From NCBI GenBank assembly GCA_964445435.1, contig CAYUKU010000001.1, positions 118,942-182,941 of the forward strand: DNA of 64,000 bases, in the 5' to 3' direction. This DNA is from an uncultured Gammaproteobacteria bacterium. Its GTDB lineage: Bacteria; Patescibacteriota; Microgenomatia; UBA10105; UBA927. A program made the position numbers and the translations under genes. Of this stretch, positions 19,571 through 29,076 are shown one piece after another (position 1 is the first letter of the stretch; each line of letters opens with the position of its first letter). The notes under the pieces were generated by a model. That model was not told where the DNA came from. It saw nothing but the letters and a program-made list of their open reading frames with translations, and did not search any database.

Positions 19571-20627
19571 TTCCTGTTTCGTTCGCAGCACAGATAGCAT
19601 CAAGCGCTTGTCCGACCACTTGGGCAACGAACGCATTGCCCTTCTCGGAATAATGACCGGCTGCACCGAAATACGGCACGGCTCCTTCTGCGATGAAATA
19701 TGCGTCTATGTCACTTTTCTTGATGTCAAATAAAGAACTCCCCACGTCTATAACCTCAAATCCCTTCTCTTTCCCCACTGCCTCGACGAAAGACCGCATG
19801 TTTTCATAATTCGTGTGGTCGTAATAATCTTCTAAGGTAGGAAGCATAACAGCTATAAACCGGGCGCCTCGTTCGCGGGTCAAATCAGCCATGGCAGTAG
19901 TAATCGCGACAACAAGGGGCGCCTCCTCAGATCCCAAAAAAACCGCGTCTCTTCCTGCTTTCTTGCCAAACGTTCTAAATAATCGCACGGTCGCAAGCTT
20001 CATCATCGACTTCTCATGAATGAGAGCAAATCGTTTGAGTTCATTCGGACGGGGTGCCGGGATATTCGTTTCCACAAGCTTTCCGTCAACCACTTTTAGT
20101 ATGGGCTTGCCGTACCCGATGAAATCTGTGAGAGACGCGCGATATAAACCTCCTGTGAAAAACGCTGCCAGGTGTACGTCATGCTGTATCTTCGCAGCGC
20201 CGATTTTGTACCAGAGGTAGCTCTGATCCAGGCCATACCCTCCCTGACCCATGTTGACGGTATGCCACCCAAACGAAGTGAGGCCGGCGCACCACGCATC
20301 AAGATCATCGACTCCGTACCCGAGCGTTAAGGAATCACCCGAACAAATAAGGCCTGGTTTGGCATCCCTGGTTCGGGAGGTAAGACGCGTTCCGTCATCG
20401 AGAATGGTCATATTCTTCCCCGGACCGTACACATCTTTTATAACTGCGCCCGGACGGTTCACCCACCCGATAATCGGATCGTATTTTGTGTGCCTGTTTT
20501 CCGCAACCACTCCTTCTTTTACGAAAGCACGAAAAAAAGCCGCCCAACTCATCGTTCCCTCAAAAACGAGAAGCAGAAAGGCAGCAATGACAATATTTGC
20601 TATAACAAGAGATAGAAAACGAATCAT
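19554..20627 (-). CDS. SGNH/GDSL-type hydrolase with N-terminal TM anchor
   Basis: GDSL block LICSGDSLTLGYG; single N-terminal TM; family commonly does O-acetylation/deacetylation of cell-wall glycans. Confidence 0.6.
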   Translation of the reverse strand: MIRFLSLVIANIVIAAFLLLVFEGTMSWAAFFRAFVKEGVVAENRHTKYDPIIGWVNRPGAVIKDVYGPGKNMTILDDGTRLTSRTRDAKPGLICSGDSLTLGYGVDDLDAWCAGLTSFGWHTVNMGQGGYGLDQSYLWYKIGAAKIQHDVHLAAFFTGGLYRASLTDFIGYGKPILKVVDGKLVETNIPAPRPNELKRFALIHEKSMMKLATVRLFRTFGKKAGRDAVFLGSEEAPLVVAITTAMADLTRERGARFIAVMLPTLEDYYDHTNYENMRSFVEAVGKEKGFEVIDVGSSLFDIKKSDIDAYFIAEGAVPYFGAAGHYSEKGNAFVAQVVGQALDAICAANETGKHVCQ

Positions 20628-20696
20628 CTTCCGATGTTAGGCCCAAGTATACACGCACAGATGAGCGCCAACAACATGATCCCGCCTGGCGATACG

Positions 20697-21977
20697 TCAA
20701 TGAAAAATACTTATATTCTTTTCCTTGGCGAACTCGAGGGTACGCTGTATATTTGCCTGCTCGCTTAAGTTTCCGGGACAGTCAAGCATATTGCCATTGG
20801 CGGTATAGCAACGGCGAAACTCTTCACGGGCTTCATATTCGTCTTTGGCAAATCGCAATACATCACCGTAGTGCGCTACCGAAACAAACACGTAAAGAGT
20901 AATCGTTACTCCCACAGCTGCATTCCTTAGTCTGAGAGGCATGGAATACAGCAGCATATAGAGCCCGAAATAGAAAGGAATAAATAACGTTGCGTATCTG
21001 GAATTTTTCGCCAAGTCAAATCCTAAAGGAATGCGGTTGTAAGACAGGGCGGCCGTCAATAATACTGAAAACAACACTAAGGAAAAAACAACGTAGCCCT
21101 GTATTTTCGCTTTGAAGAATAATAAGATCGTAGACGCTCCGAGAGAAAAAAGCATGAGGGAAGGTAAAATGCCACTCCACAATGCAACATCCTGATACCC
21201 GACAGTCGCATTGATCAAATGCGCAGCAAATGCGATGTAGTCACCAATTGTCAGCAAAACTCTATCCTTGTCCTGAAGGGGAGAAAAATCATATCCCCAG
21301 AAATACGTCACTGCAAGCATAAAACTCACTCCTGCGAGGACCAGAGAGAGGATACGACGTGACCCATGCGTAAACGCTTCAAACAGAAAAAATCCCATAA
21401 TGAAAAAGCTCACGAGGAGTCCTTGAGCAGAGGAGACAGTGCCCAGAAAACACAAAAGAAGCAATGCACCATCTCTAAACATGCCAGGTTGAACGGTAAA
21501 AAGATATAAAGCGGCCAAAAAAATGGGTAAAAATATCGTGAAGGTAATCTGATACCCCCACGTCAAATTTTCCCATTGGTATACAGAAAAGAATATAAAA
21601 GGAATAATAAGATCCCACACCACGAGTGACCCTCTCAGCCGTTCCATGACCATCAGCGCAAGTACACACGAAACGGCAAGTGTGAGCCAAACCAAATACG
21701 CCCCAATCCTCAGATCCCAATGAAAGAAAGGACCAATGGTATCCAGCATTAGCAATCCCAGCCCGACCCGATGTTCGTTCTGCTGCGCGCGGAATATCGC
21801 CCACACGGGCCAATTTTCCATCTTCATCTCAATGATCTGCCATGAGTCATACCAGGGCACGGAAGACGTATAAGAAAGCGTAACGTATAAACTCAAGAAA
21901 CCAAAAAGAAGAAACGAGACGAATATGGCTACCTGCTTCCATTTATCAATCCCGACCTGTAAAAAGAAGCTCCTCAT
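20697..21977 (-). CDS. Polytopic membrane protein (about 12 TM), hypothetical; possibly glycan polymerase/GT-C-like
   Basis: 426 aa almost entirely hydrophobic helices; located with the GT39-like and SGNH genes. Confidence 0.5.
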   Translation of the reverse strand: MRSFFLQVGIDKWKQVAIFVSFLLFGFLSLYVTLSYTSSVPWYDSWQIIEMKMENWPVWAIFRAQQNEHRVGLGLLMLDTIGPFFHWDLRIGAYLVWLTLAVSCVLALMVMERLRGSLVVWDLIIPFIFFSVYQWENLTWGYQITFTIFLPIFLAALYLFTVQPGMFRDGALLLLCFLGTVSSAQGLLVSFFIMGFFLFEAFTHGSRRILSLVLAGVSFMLAVTYFWGYDFSPLQDKDRVLLTIGDYIAFAAHLINATVGYQDVALWSGILPSLMLFSLGASTILLFFKAKIQGYVVFSLVLFSVLLTAALSYNRIPLGFDLAKNSRYATLFIPFYFGLYMLLYSMPLRLRNAAVGVTITLYVFVSVAHYGDVLRFAKDEYEAREEFRRCYTANGNMLDCPGNLSEQANIQRTLEFAKEKNISIFH

Positions 21978-22111
21978 AATACGTTTACCTCACCACGCTT
22001 GAATCACAATACCATGTTCGCCGACTCTGTGACAAACGAGGTGAAGGGTTGGACAGGTGAGTGATTACTACCGTCGGGGAAAAAGGCAGGATTGAAAAAC
22101 TCAAACCTTCT

Positions 22112-22202
22112 TGGCGGAGAGGGAGGGATTCGAACCCTCGATCACCTTGCGGCGATACGCGCTCTCCAAGCGCGCGCACTAGACCAACTATGCGACCTCT
22201 CC
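22112..22202 (-). tRNA. tRNA-Ser (anticodon GGA), type II with long variable arm, CCA encoded
   Basis: Hand-folded: GGAGAGG acceptor, anticodon loop TTGGAGA (GGA), long variable arm, T-arm GGTTCGAATCC, 3' GCCA. Confidence 0.85.
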
Positions 22203-22284
22203 TGCCTTATCGGTAGGCCGCCAATGAGGCGGCCCGTGTTCGTCATTATACCATCCGGATGGTCACTCGGTGCTATACTAAACT

Positions 22285-23196
22285 ATGTCGTCTCGGAAAA
22301 TAGCCCTCATTACTCTTGTTCTTGCGTCGGCCTTCTGGTCTTCAGGCGGAGTGGCGGCCAAAGCGCTTCTTAAAACATTTGACCCTCTATCCGTCGGTGC
22401 CATCCGGCTTACCCTGGCATCTATCCTCATTCTTCCTCTCTTTCTTCACGTCACGCCGAAAATCACAAAAAAACTTGTTCTGGACATTCTCCCGGTTTCT
22501 CTTTTTAGCACCGGCAATTTCATCCTCTTCCTTTTCGGAATCAACAAAACCACGGCCAATGCGTCTGCCATCATCTATACCGCTACCCCCATCACCGTTG
22601 CCATTCTCTCTCGCGCATTTATCGGAGAAGGAATCTCCCGGCAAAAAATCGGTGGTATTCTTCTGGGATTAACAGGCATTCTAACTATTCTTCTTCTTCC
22701 GCTTCTTGAGAAGGGTCAGATCGTCATTGGTGACGTTGGAGGAAATTTTACTATCGTGGGTGCCATGATTATGTTTGCGCTCTACAATGTCGGCACACGT
22801 CACCTTATCGCGGCCAAATCCTATGACCCTATTACCATCACCGGTATATCCGTGTTTGTTTCCGCGCTCTTTTTCAACCTTCTTCTTTTGGTTTTCCCAC
22901 ACAGGGGGACTATCGACTTACTTTTCGCTCCGTACAATCTCCTTTTTGCGTTCTATTTTGCAATCTTCGTGACCGTGGTGCCGTATGTCCTCCATCAGTG
23001 GGCGATTAAACACTCCTCGGCAACGACAGGCGCGCTTACCACGTATATCCAGCCCATCTTCGGCTTCGTCATCAACGGCATTCTTTTGGGCGAAGTGATA
23101 ACTGGGGGATTTTTGCTTGGAAGCATCCTGGTATTCGCCGGCACGTTTATGGCAACAGGCGCGCAAATGATGCGGATGCTACGGAAGAAAAACTAA
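22285..23196 (+). CDS. EamA/DMT superfamily transporter
   Basis: 303 aa, 10 TM helices in two repeated EamA-like halves. Confidence 0.8.
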   Translation: MSSRKIALITLVLASAFWSSGGVAAKALLKTFDPLSVGAIRLTLASILILPLFLHVTPKITKKLVLDILPVSLFSTGNFILFLFGINKTTANASAIIYTATPITVAILSRAFIGEGISRQKIGGILLGLTGILTILLLPLLEKGQIVIGDVGGNFTIVGAMIMFALYNVGTRHLIAAKSYDPITITGISVFVSALFFNLLLLVFPHRGTIDLLFAPYNLLFAFYFAIFVTVVPYVLHQWAIKHSSATTGALTTYIQPIFGFVINGILLGEVITGGFLLGSILVFAGTFMATGAQMMRMLRKKN

Positions 23197-23198
23197 CC

Positions 23199-23810
23199 TT
23201 ACCGGGCAAATTCTTCGTGAAGCGTTTTTCGAATACTCTCCCACCACCCTTGGGAACTGGACCGGGCGAGACTTTGTGCTAACTCTACGGCTTCAGGAAT
23301 GCGAATACGTTTGATGTTTGCATCTATCCACTCCTTCGCGTGAACGTTTCCTTTTTCGATGAGGAGCTTGAGTTCAACAGCAAACGCTATAACGTTTGCC
23401 TCATACACAATCCGTGCTTCGAGCGTTTGCTTCTGCTCGTATATATCAAGAGTGCGCAACAGTTCGTCATCAATCCCCTGGAAGATGTCACGGTTTGCCT
23501 TATCCTGGTCGCGGGTCATATAGAACTTGGCGATCTTATCGAGGTCTCCCGTACGCGCTTCGTGGAAATCATGAAACACGCTCATGACGAGAACCGTTTC
23601 CATATTTGCGTTAAGCTTCTTTGCCAGGAAATACGCAATCACGCAGGTCATGAAGGTGTGCTCTCCCACGCCCTCGTCATTGTCGCCCAAGATCATCCAA
23701 CCGGTACGTCGCATGCGCTTGACTGCGGCGGCTTCATAGATAAGGTTCGTGATGTCGGTAAGCTGTTTTTTGTCCATATGCGCCCCCAGGCGGACTTGAA
23801 CTGCCATCAC
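23199..23810 (-). CDS. HD-domain phosphohydrolase (YfbR-like 5'-deoxynucleotidase family)
   Basis: H...HD...D motif: HTFMTCVIAY ... SVFHDFHEARTGD. Confidence 0.75.
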   Translation of the reverse strand: MMAVQVRLGAHMDKKQLTDITNLIYEAAAVKRMRRTGWMILGDNDEGVGEHTFMTCVIAYFLAKKLNANMETVLVMSVFHDFHEARTGDLDKIAKFYMTRDQDKANRDIFQGIDDELLRTLDIYEQKQTLEARIVYEANVIAFAVELKLLIEKGNVHAKEWIDANIKRIRIPEAVELAQSLARSSSQGWWESIRKTLHEEFAR

Positions 23811-23907
23811 AGCCTCCGGAGGGCCGTGCTCTATCCAATTAAGCTATGGGGGCATTTACCCTATTATACCCCGAAAGGCCGGTGTGGTGCTACAATTTGA
23901 AGTAAAC

Positions 23908-26001
23908 ATGAAATGGATATCGTGGATTCTTGGTATGCTTCTTGTGGGGTATCTCGGGCTTGTGGTGTACCTCAACCGCGCGGTTTTTTTCTCATCGTTC
24001 GATGCAGTGTATTGGAAGGACAAATACGAACACTCACAGTGGAAACTTCCGCTTTCTGAGAGAACACTTGGCGACGACGGGCTCTATTTGTATGAAGGGT
24101 GGCGCCTCATTCAGGGGGACGACCCGACCACTCTCAACGCTGAGGTTCCCCCGCTTGCGAAATACCTCATCGGTGCCAGCATAAAAACATTCGGCAACGG
24201 CTACTTGTATGGACTCCTTACGACAAGTACCGCTCTGCTTCTTCTTTTTATCTTGACATACCTCCTTACGAAGAACGTACCGATGAGCTTTGCCGCGACG
24301 CTCCTTGTTGCCCTTGATCCTCTTATCGCGCGGCAGTTTACGCTCACCATGCTCGACGGACTCCAGCTCGTGTTTCTGCTTCTTGCCATAATCGCCACAA
24401 TCCTATCCGTGAGAACGAAACGAAAGTGGTCATCGTGGGCGTGGGCAGCAGCAGCCGGCGCGGGGCTCGGATTGTTTGCCGAGGTGAAATTTCCGCTTTT
24501 TGCCCCCGTGGTCGGAATCATTCTACTTATAAATCTCTGGAGGGCAAAAAGACGTGCCGAGCTTCTTGTCCTCTTTCTTCTGGCAGCCGGGATCGCGTAC
24601 CTTCTGCCGTATATTCCGTATTTTCGTATGGGACACACGTTTGCCCAATGGCTATCCGTCCAAAAATGGATTGTTATGTTTTTCGCCCGAAGCGGACTTG
24701 CCCCCACCTTCGGCAGCGCGCTTACGACGCTCCTTTTCAATCGCAATCAGAACCTCTTTTCACGGGAATATCTTCCCGTCCCTGAATGGAGCCCCCTCTG
24801 GCCTTTTATCACGATCATTGGCATTTCGGGACTCATCAAAGCAAGAGGGGATAGACACATACAGTCGCTCTTTTTTCCGGTTGGAATCATCGCATTGTCT
24901 ATCCTCGGATTTAATCTCCTTATTCCGTTCTGGACGCGGTATCTGGTAAGCATTCTGCCGTTTCTGTACCTTGGCACGATCGTTCTCCTCGGAAAATTGC
25001 CTGGACGCATGCGTGTCTTTTTTATGAGCGCCCTCCTTCTGGTAAACATGCTTGCCGTTTCCCGGATTATTCTCCCGTCGCCCCAAACGACCGTTGCCCA
25101 ATTTATTTCCGACTGGGAACACGGATTTTTCCAGGATATGTATGAAGCAACAGATGAGACGACACGCCGTTCCATATCCAGAACCGATTTTCATCGGCTG
25201 GGCCGGACATTGTGGTATGACGCAGAGATAGAAGAAGCAGAAATCACACCAGTTCCGTTTACATATAGTCTATTTACCTCTCCTCAAATGATCCCCATAA
25301 CCGTTACCTACAAAACCAGAAATCTCGGAGCGTTTTGGGTATCCCGAACGCTTCCGATCGTGCGTGAAAAGGGAGCATGGAAAATCGCATGGAACTGGGA
25401 TACCCTTCTCCCGGGATACACTGCGGGCGCGTATCTGGAAACGGCGCTAGAGCCGGCCCGACGTGGCGGATTGTTTGCGCCCGACGGCATTCCCCTCATC
25501 CAAGACCGGGAAAGCGTCCTCATATGGCTCGACCCAAAACGGTTAGACTCCTCAACGGAGGAAATTCTCTTTCTCACGCTTGAAACGCTTTTTGATAAAA
25601 ACATTAAGGCGGTCCACTTCCACGAACGCTATGTCCGGCTGGCAGACTTGGGACGGCCCATTCCCATGGGCGTTCTGATGCATCCGATTGATCAAAAAAC
25701 CGCGTCCTTGCTGGGTGGCGCACCGGCACTGTTCACCACGCCTGCCTTCGGACGCTTCCGCACCAGTCAAAGTAGGTATGAAGTGGGGTCGATAAAAAAC
25801 ACCCTTTTTAGTGAATGCTGTTCACTTCTCTACACCACCACAACCTATGACGGCGCTGACGGGTTGGAGCATATCTATAACACGACGCTCAAAGGACAAA
25901 ACGGCGGCACGCTTATTCTCAAGAATGCTAATGGTGAAATTATACACACCTTCCTGCGCCGGACGAAACGGGATGGGGAAAATGTGAGGCTGACTGAATA
26001 A
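23908..26001 (+). CDS. GT39/PMT-ArnT-like membrane glycosyltransferase with large C-terminal extracytoplasmic domain
   Basis: N-terminal half polytopic with DDG/YEGW region (LGDDGLYLYEGWRLIQGDDP) typical of GT-C glycosyltransferases; C-terminal about 300 aa soluble domain. Confidence 0.6.
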   Translation: MKWISWILGMLLVGYLGLVVYLNRAVFFSSFDAVYWKDKYEHSQWKLPLSERTLGDDGLYLYEGWRLIQGDDPTTLNAEVPPLAKYLIGASIKTFGNGYLYGLLTTSTALLLLFILTYLLTKNVPMSFAATLLVALDPLIARQFTLTMLDGLQLVFLLLAIIATILSVRTKRKWSSWAWAAAAGAGLGLFAEVKFPLFAPVVGIILLINLWRAKRRAELLVLFLLAAGIAYLLPYIPYFRMGHTFAQWLSVQKWIVMFFARSGLAPTFGSALTTLLFNRNQNLFSREYLPVPEWSPLWPFITIIGISGLIKARGDRHIQSLFFPVGIIALSILGFNLLIPFWTRYLVSILPFLYLGTIVLLGKLPGRMRVFFMSALLLVNMLAVSRIILPSPQTTVAQFISDWEHGFFQDMYEATDETTRRSISRTDFHRLGRTLWYDAEIEEAEITPVPFTYSLFTSPQMIPITVTYKTRNLGAFWVSRTLPIVREKGAWKIAWNWDTLLPGYTAGAYLETALEPARRGGLFAPDGIPLIQDRESVLIWLDPKRLDSSTEEILFLTLETLFDKNIKAVHFHERYVRLADLGRPIPMGVLMHPIDQKTASLLGGAPALFTTPAFGRFRTSQSRYEVGSIKNTLFSECCSLLYTTTTYDGADGLEHIYNTTLKGQNGGTLILKNANGEIIHTFLRRTKRDGENVRLTE

Positions 26002-26003
26002 TC

Positions 26004-26091
26004 CGGCGGAAGGAGCGAGATTTGAACTCGCGTGAGCCTTGCGGCTCCCAAGGTTTTCGAGACCTGGCCGTTTAACCGCTCCGGCATCCTT
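26004..26091 (-). tRNA. tRNA-Ser (anticodon CGA), type II
   Basis: Hand-folded: acceptor GGAAGGA, anticodon loop CTCGAAA (CGA), long variable arm, T-arm GAGTTCAAATCTC. Confidence 0.8.
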
Positions 26092-26131
26092 CCTGCCTCT
26101 TGGGGCAGGTCGCCGATGAGGCGACCTTTTG

Positions 26132-26203
26132 TACGCCCAACAGGAGTCGAACCTGTATCAGAAGCTCCGCAAGCTCCTATTCTATCCATTGAACTATGGG
26201 CGC
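26132..26203 (-). tRNA. tRNA-Arg (anticodon GCG)
   Basis: Hand-folded: acceptor GCGCCCA (G1-U72 wobble), anticodon loop TTGCGGA, T-arm ACAGGTTCGACTCCTGT; less certain than the Ser tRNAs. Confidence 0.65.
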
Positions 26204-26241
26204 GTGGCCCTATTATACCCTGAATCGGGAGATTAGAAAAA

Positions 26242-26760
26242 TTAACTTACTTGTTTCTCCAGGGGAACTTTTTCAGACAACCATGTGGCTGCGTTATCCA
26301 CCCACGTTTTTTCGGGCTCTTCGCGGAAGGGGATATGCTCTGCCAGGAGTTCACGTACCTTTTTGGCATCTGAGTGCCCGAGTAAAACCGTAATACGTGC
26401 TCCCATGCGGGGCTTGATAACGAGAAGCCCCTGTCCCCACTGCTGCTCAAACCAAAATTCGAAAAGCTCTTCCCATCGGTAGAAATGCCCTGCGCTTTCC
26501 AGCCCGAGATTCGTAATGGCATGCTCGACCTCCTCAGGCGGCACGGTTGATAAGACATAGATAAGAAATACAATCGACACAACCGCAGCAATGAGTAAAA
26601 ATTCCCGGGCAAACACCAGAATGACAATCAAAAGAAATACGATCGCGCCGACATTCGTGAAGTATTCTTTGTCCCGTTTTTTAAATAAACGGGAAGGAGA
26701 GGTCCAGGAATAGAGGACTTCCCGCCTTTTTCCCCCAACTATACCTTTGGCAGACTCCAT
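26242..26760 (-). CDS. Hypothetical membrane protein (two TM helices)
   Basis: ORF 26242..26832; probable start at MESAKGIVGG. Confidence 0.45.
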   Translation of the reverse strand: MESAKGIVGGKRREVLYSWTSPSRLFKKRDKEYFTNVGAIVFLLIVILVFAREFLLIAAVVSIVFLIYVLSTVPPEEVEHAITNLGLESAGHFYRWEELFEFWFEQQWGQGLLVIKPRMGARITVLLGHSDAKKVRELLAEHIPFREEPEKTWVDNAATWLSEKVPLEKQVS

Positions 26761-26806
26761 AGTTCCAGTATATAACCCAGGCACCAAAAACGCCACACGA
26801 AAAACG

Positions 26807-27385
26807 CTATTCAAATCCCGGAAAACCAGCAAGCGAAATGAGTGTTACGGCAAGAACCACCATCACAACGCCGCCTGCCACATCAACGACATAATGCTGC
26901 TTCGTAAAAACTGTCGAGAGGGTGATAAGAGAACCGGTGACCCAACTCACCACCGCGTACGCAGGGTGTGCAAGGGCAAGAAAATAGGACGAGAGAAGTG
27001 AAAGAAACACGTGGGAACTCGGGAACGCATTCGTATCCTTATCATGCCGGTAAAACAAAAGAAGCAGCTTGTGAAGCCAGCTCTCTGCGGCAATCTGCGG
27101 ACGGACGGCGCCGTTGGGATAAAAGTACCAGAAAAGCATCGCCAGGCTCTTGGCTATGATAAGCGCGGAAAGAAACGCAGTTTCATACGGCGTATTCCAC
27201 AATGCAAGCACGGCAAGCACCACGAAGGGGAAAAAGGAAATATACGGAAGCACGAAAAGCGGAATAAGCGGAATGTGCGAATCGTACCGGCTTACCCAAT
27301 AGTACCGTGACTGCCTCCGATTCAGAGGAAAATAAAGCGAACTAACGCCCAAAAATACCAAAACAAGGAAGAGATTGAGCCCCAT
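26807..27385 (-). CDS. PAP2-superfamily phosphatase (phosphatidic acid/undecaprenyl-PP phosphatase-like)
   Basis: PAP2 motifs PSSH and TKQHYVVDVAGG; ORF-track N-terminus (to 27559) overlaps two tRNAs, so start taken at MGLNLFLVLVF (27385), which abuts the tRNA-Ser 3' end. Confidence 0.65.
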   Translation of the reverse strand: MGLNLFLVLVFLGVSSLYFPLNRRQSRYYWVSRYDSHIPLIPLFVLPYISFFPFVVLAVLALWNTPYETAFLSALIIAKSLAMLFWYFYPNGAVRPQIAAESWLHKLLLLFYRHDKDTNAFPSSHVFLSLLSSYFLALAHPAYAVVSWVTGSLITLSTVFTKQHYVVDVAGGVVMVVLAVTLISLAGFPGFE

Positions 27386-27475
27386 GGGCGGAAGGGGTGG
27401 GATTCGAACCCACGAAGAGCTTGCGCCCTTACTAGTTTTCAAGACTAGCCTGATCGACCACTCCAGCACCCTTCC
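27386..27475 (-). tRNA. tRNA-Ser (anticodon TGA), type II
   Basis: Hand-folded: acceptor GGAAGGG, anticodon loop CTTGAAA (TGA), long variable arm, T-arm GGTTCGAATCC. Confidence 0.8.
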
Positions 27476-27476
27476 G

Positions 27477-27564
27477 TGGCGGAGAGTGTGGGAGTTGAAC
27501 CCACTCATCGCTATTCGCGATGCAGGTTTAGCAAACCTGTGCCTTACCGTCCGGCCCACTCTCC
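27477..27564 (-). tRNA. tRNA-Ser (anticodon GCT), type II, CCA encoded
   Basis: Hand-folded: acceptor GGAGAGT, anticodon loop TTGCTAA (GCT), long variable arm, T-arm GGTTCAACTCC, 3' GCCA. Confidence 0.85.
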
Positions 27565-27594
27565 AATGGGTGTATTATATCAGCTGATCGAAGC

Positions 27595-28242
27595 TTAGTC
27601 TCTGCTTTGGACCACAAGCGCCATCCCTTTATGTACGGAAATGAAACCAACCTCGGCAAGTACTTCGTTGCTGACGCCTAATGTTGAACCAGTCGCAAAC
27701 CGCCGCCTTGTCACAGGATACTTGAAGCCTTTTAAGGAAATAATCGCATCTCCACCGAATGGAAATACGGATACGTATGCGTACCGTGGATCCTTCTCCA
27801 CCCTCTCGACACGTCGCACAACAATAGAAATTTTGCAAAAGTTATCCACAATATATCCTTTTATATTGTACGACGCTAACATGCGAAGCACGTGGACTCC
27901 CGCGTGCCCGTGATCAAATCGACTTCCTAAGGCCCCGTATATTTTCACTTTCCGCGCATGATTGTCAGCGGCGTATCGCGCTGCCAGCTCAAGATCAGTC
28001 TCATCCTTTTCCGGAGGGTGACGAACAATCGCGTGAACTCGTTTCTCAATACGCGCAAATTCCTCCGGCGTCACGGAATCGAAATCGCCAACCGCTGCAT
28101 CTGGTACAACGCCGTGCTGAAGAAGCCACCACGCTCCCCGATCCACCCCGATAACAAAGTCTGCTTTGCGAATTTCAGAAAGCAGCACAACGTCAAGCGT
28201 TCCGCCTGCGACGATGGCAATCGTTGATTGAGTCTTTTTCAT
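27595..28242 (-). CDS. Thiamine pyrophosphokinase (thiamine diphosphokinase)
   Basis: TPK catalytic motifs GDFDS and DETDLELA, C-terminal thiamine-binding beta domain length (215 aa). Confidence 0.7.
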   Translation of the reverse strand: MKKTQSTIAIVAGGTLDVVLLSEIRKADFVIGVDRGAWWLLQHGVVPDAAVGDFDSVTPEEFARIEKRVHAIVRHPPEKDETDLELAARYAADNHARKVKIYGALGSRFDHGHAGVHVLRMLASYNIKGYIVDNFCKISIVVRRVERVEKDPRYAYVSVFPFGGDAIISLKGFKYPVTRRRFATGSTLGVSNEVLAEVGFISVHKGMALVVQSRD

Positions 28243-28392
28243 ACCGGGTTGCGAAATTTTGACCTTTGCCTTTGCGCGTTATCGAAATCTCGATATCTTC
28301 CACCTTTGCAATGTCACATTATATTGGTGTCGGGAGCGGATACGCGCGCAGGCAAAGAAAAAACGCGCGTCGAAATTCTACTACCCGGCATA

Positions 28393-29064
28393 CTACCGGG
28401 CCATCGTAATGGCCCAAACGCTCCCTGCTCCCACCCGCTTTAAGGCTTTGCACGCGGATCGAATTGTCGCGCCCGTCGTAAACACATCATCAAACAACAG
28501 AACGTTCCTGCCGCGGACGGCTGATTCGTGCGCAGTGAATATATCCTCAACGTTCTGCAGTCGCTGTCTCCTGTTTGCTATTTCGGCCTGTGGTGACGTT
28601 CCCCGTGTGCGTCTGAGTATATCCACGGTTATAGGAATATGCAATTTCTCCGACACAAACCTGCCCAAAACTTCCGCTTGGTTAAACCCACGGTACCGCA
28701 ATCGGGAAGAATGAAGTGCAATAGGAACAAGGCTGTCACTGAGAGGAATTCCATCAAATGCGCTGCTGTCGACAAGAGCGACAAACTCACGCGCGAGATC
28801 TGAAACGAAACGGTATTTGAGCACTTTCACCGCCTCCCGCACTGCGCCATCATAATGAAAGAAGCTCGTAAGACCATCAGGGGCATACCGTGTCCGACAC
28901 CGGGGATGAGTCATGCCCGCGATCGCCGGGTGCTCACACACCGGACAAATGGATTCATTGAGCGTGATGCTGCGAATCTTCTTCCGGCAGTCGCCACAGA
29001 AATACTGACCCACCCGACCGCACCCGAGACACCGCCTGGGGAAAATATAATCAACAAGGCCCAT
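28393..29064 (-). CDS. comF: ComF-family protein (double zinc ribbon + phosphoribosyltransferase domain)
   Basis: N-terminal CxxC...CxxC pairs (CLGCG...CGDC, CPVC...), C-terminal PRTase motif VLLFDDVFTTGAT. Confidence 0.8.
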   Translation of the reverse strand: MGLVDYIFPRRCLGCGRVGQYFCGDCRKKIRSITLNESICPVCEHPAIAGMTHPRCRTRYAPDGLTSFFHYDGAVREAVKVLKYRFVSDLAREFVALVDSSAFDGIPLSDSLVPIALHSSRLRYRGFNQAEVLGRFVSEKLHIPITVDILRRTRGTSPQAEIANRRQRLQNVEDIFTAHESAVRGRNVLLFDDVFTTGATIRSACKALKRVGAGSVWAITMAR

Positions 29065-29076
29065 GCCCCTATTATA

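Noticed and set aside
27386-27559. N-terminal extension of PAP2 ORF across two tRNA-Ser genes
   Set aside because: Overlaps two well-folded tRNAs; internal Met at 27385 gives a PAP2 protein of normal length.
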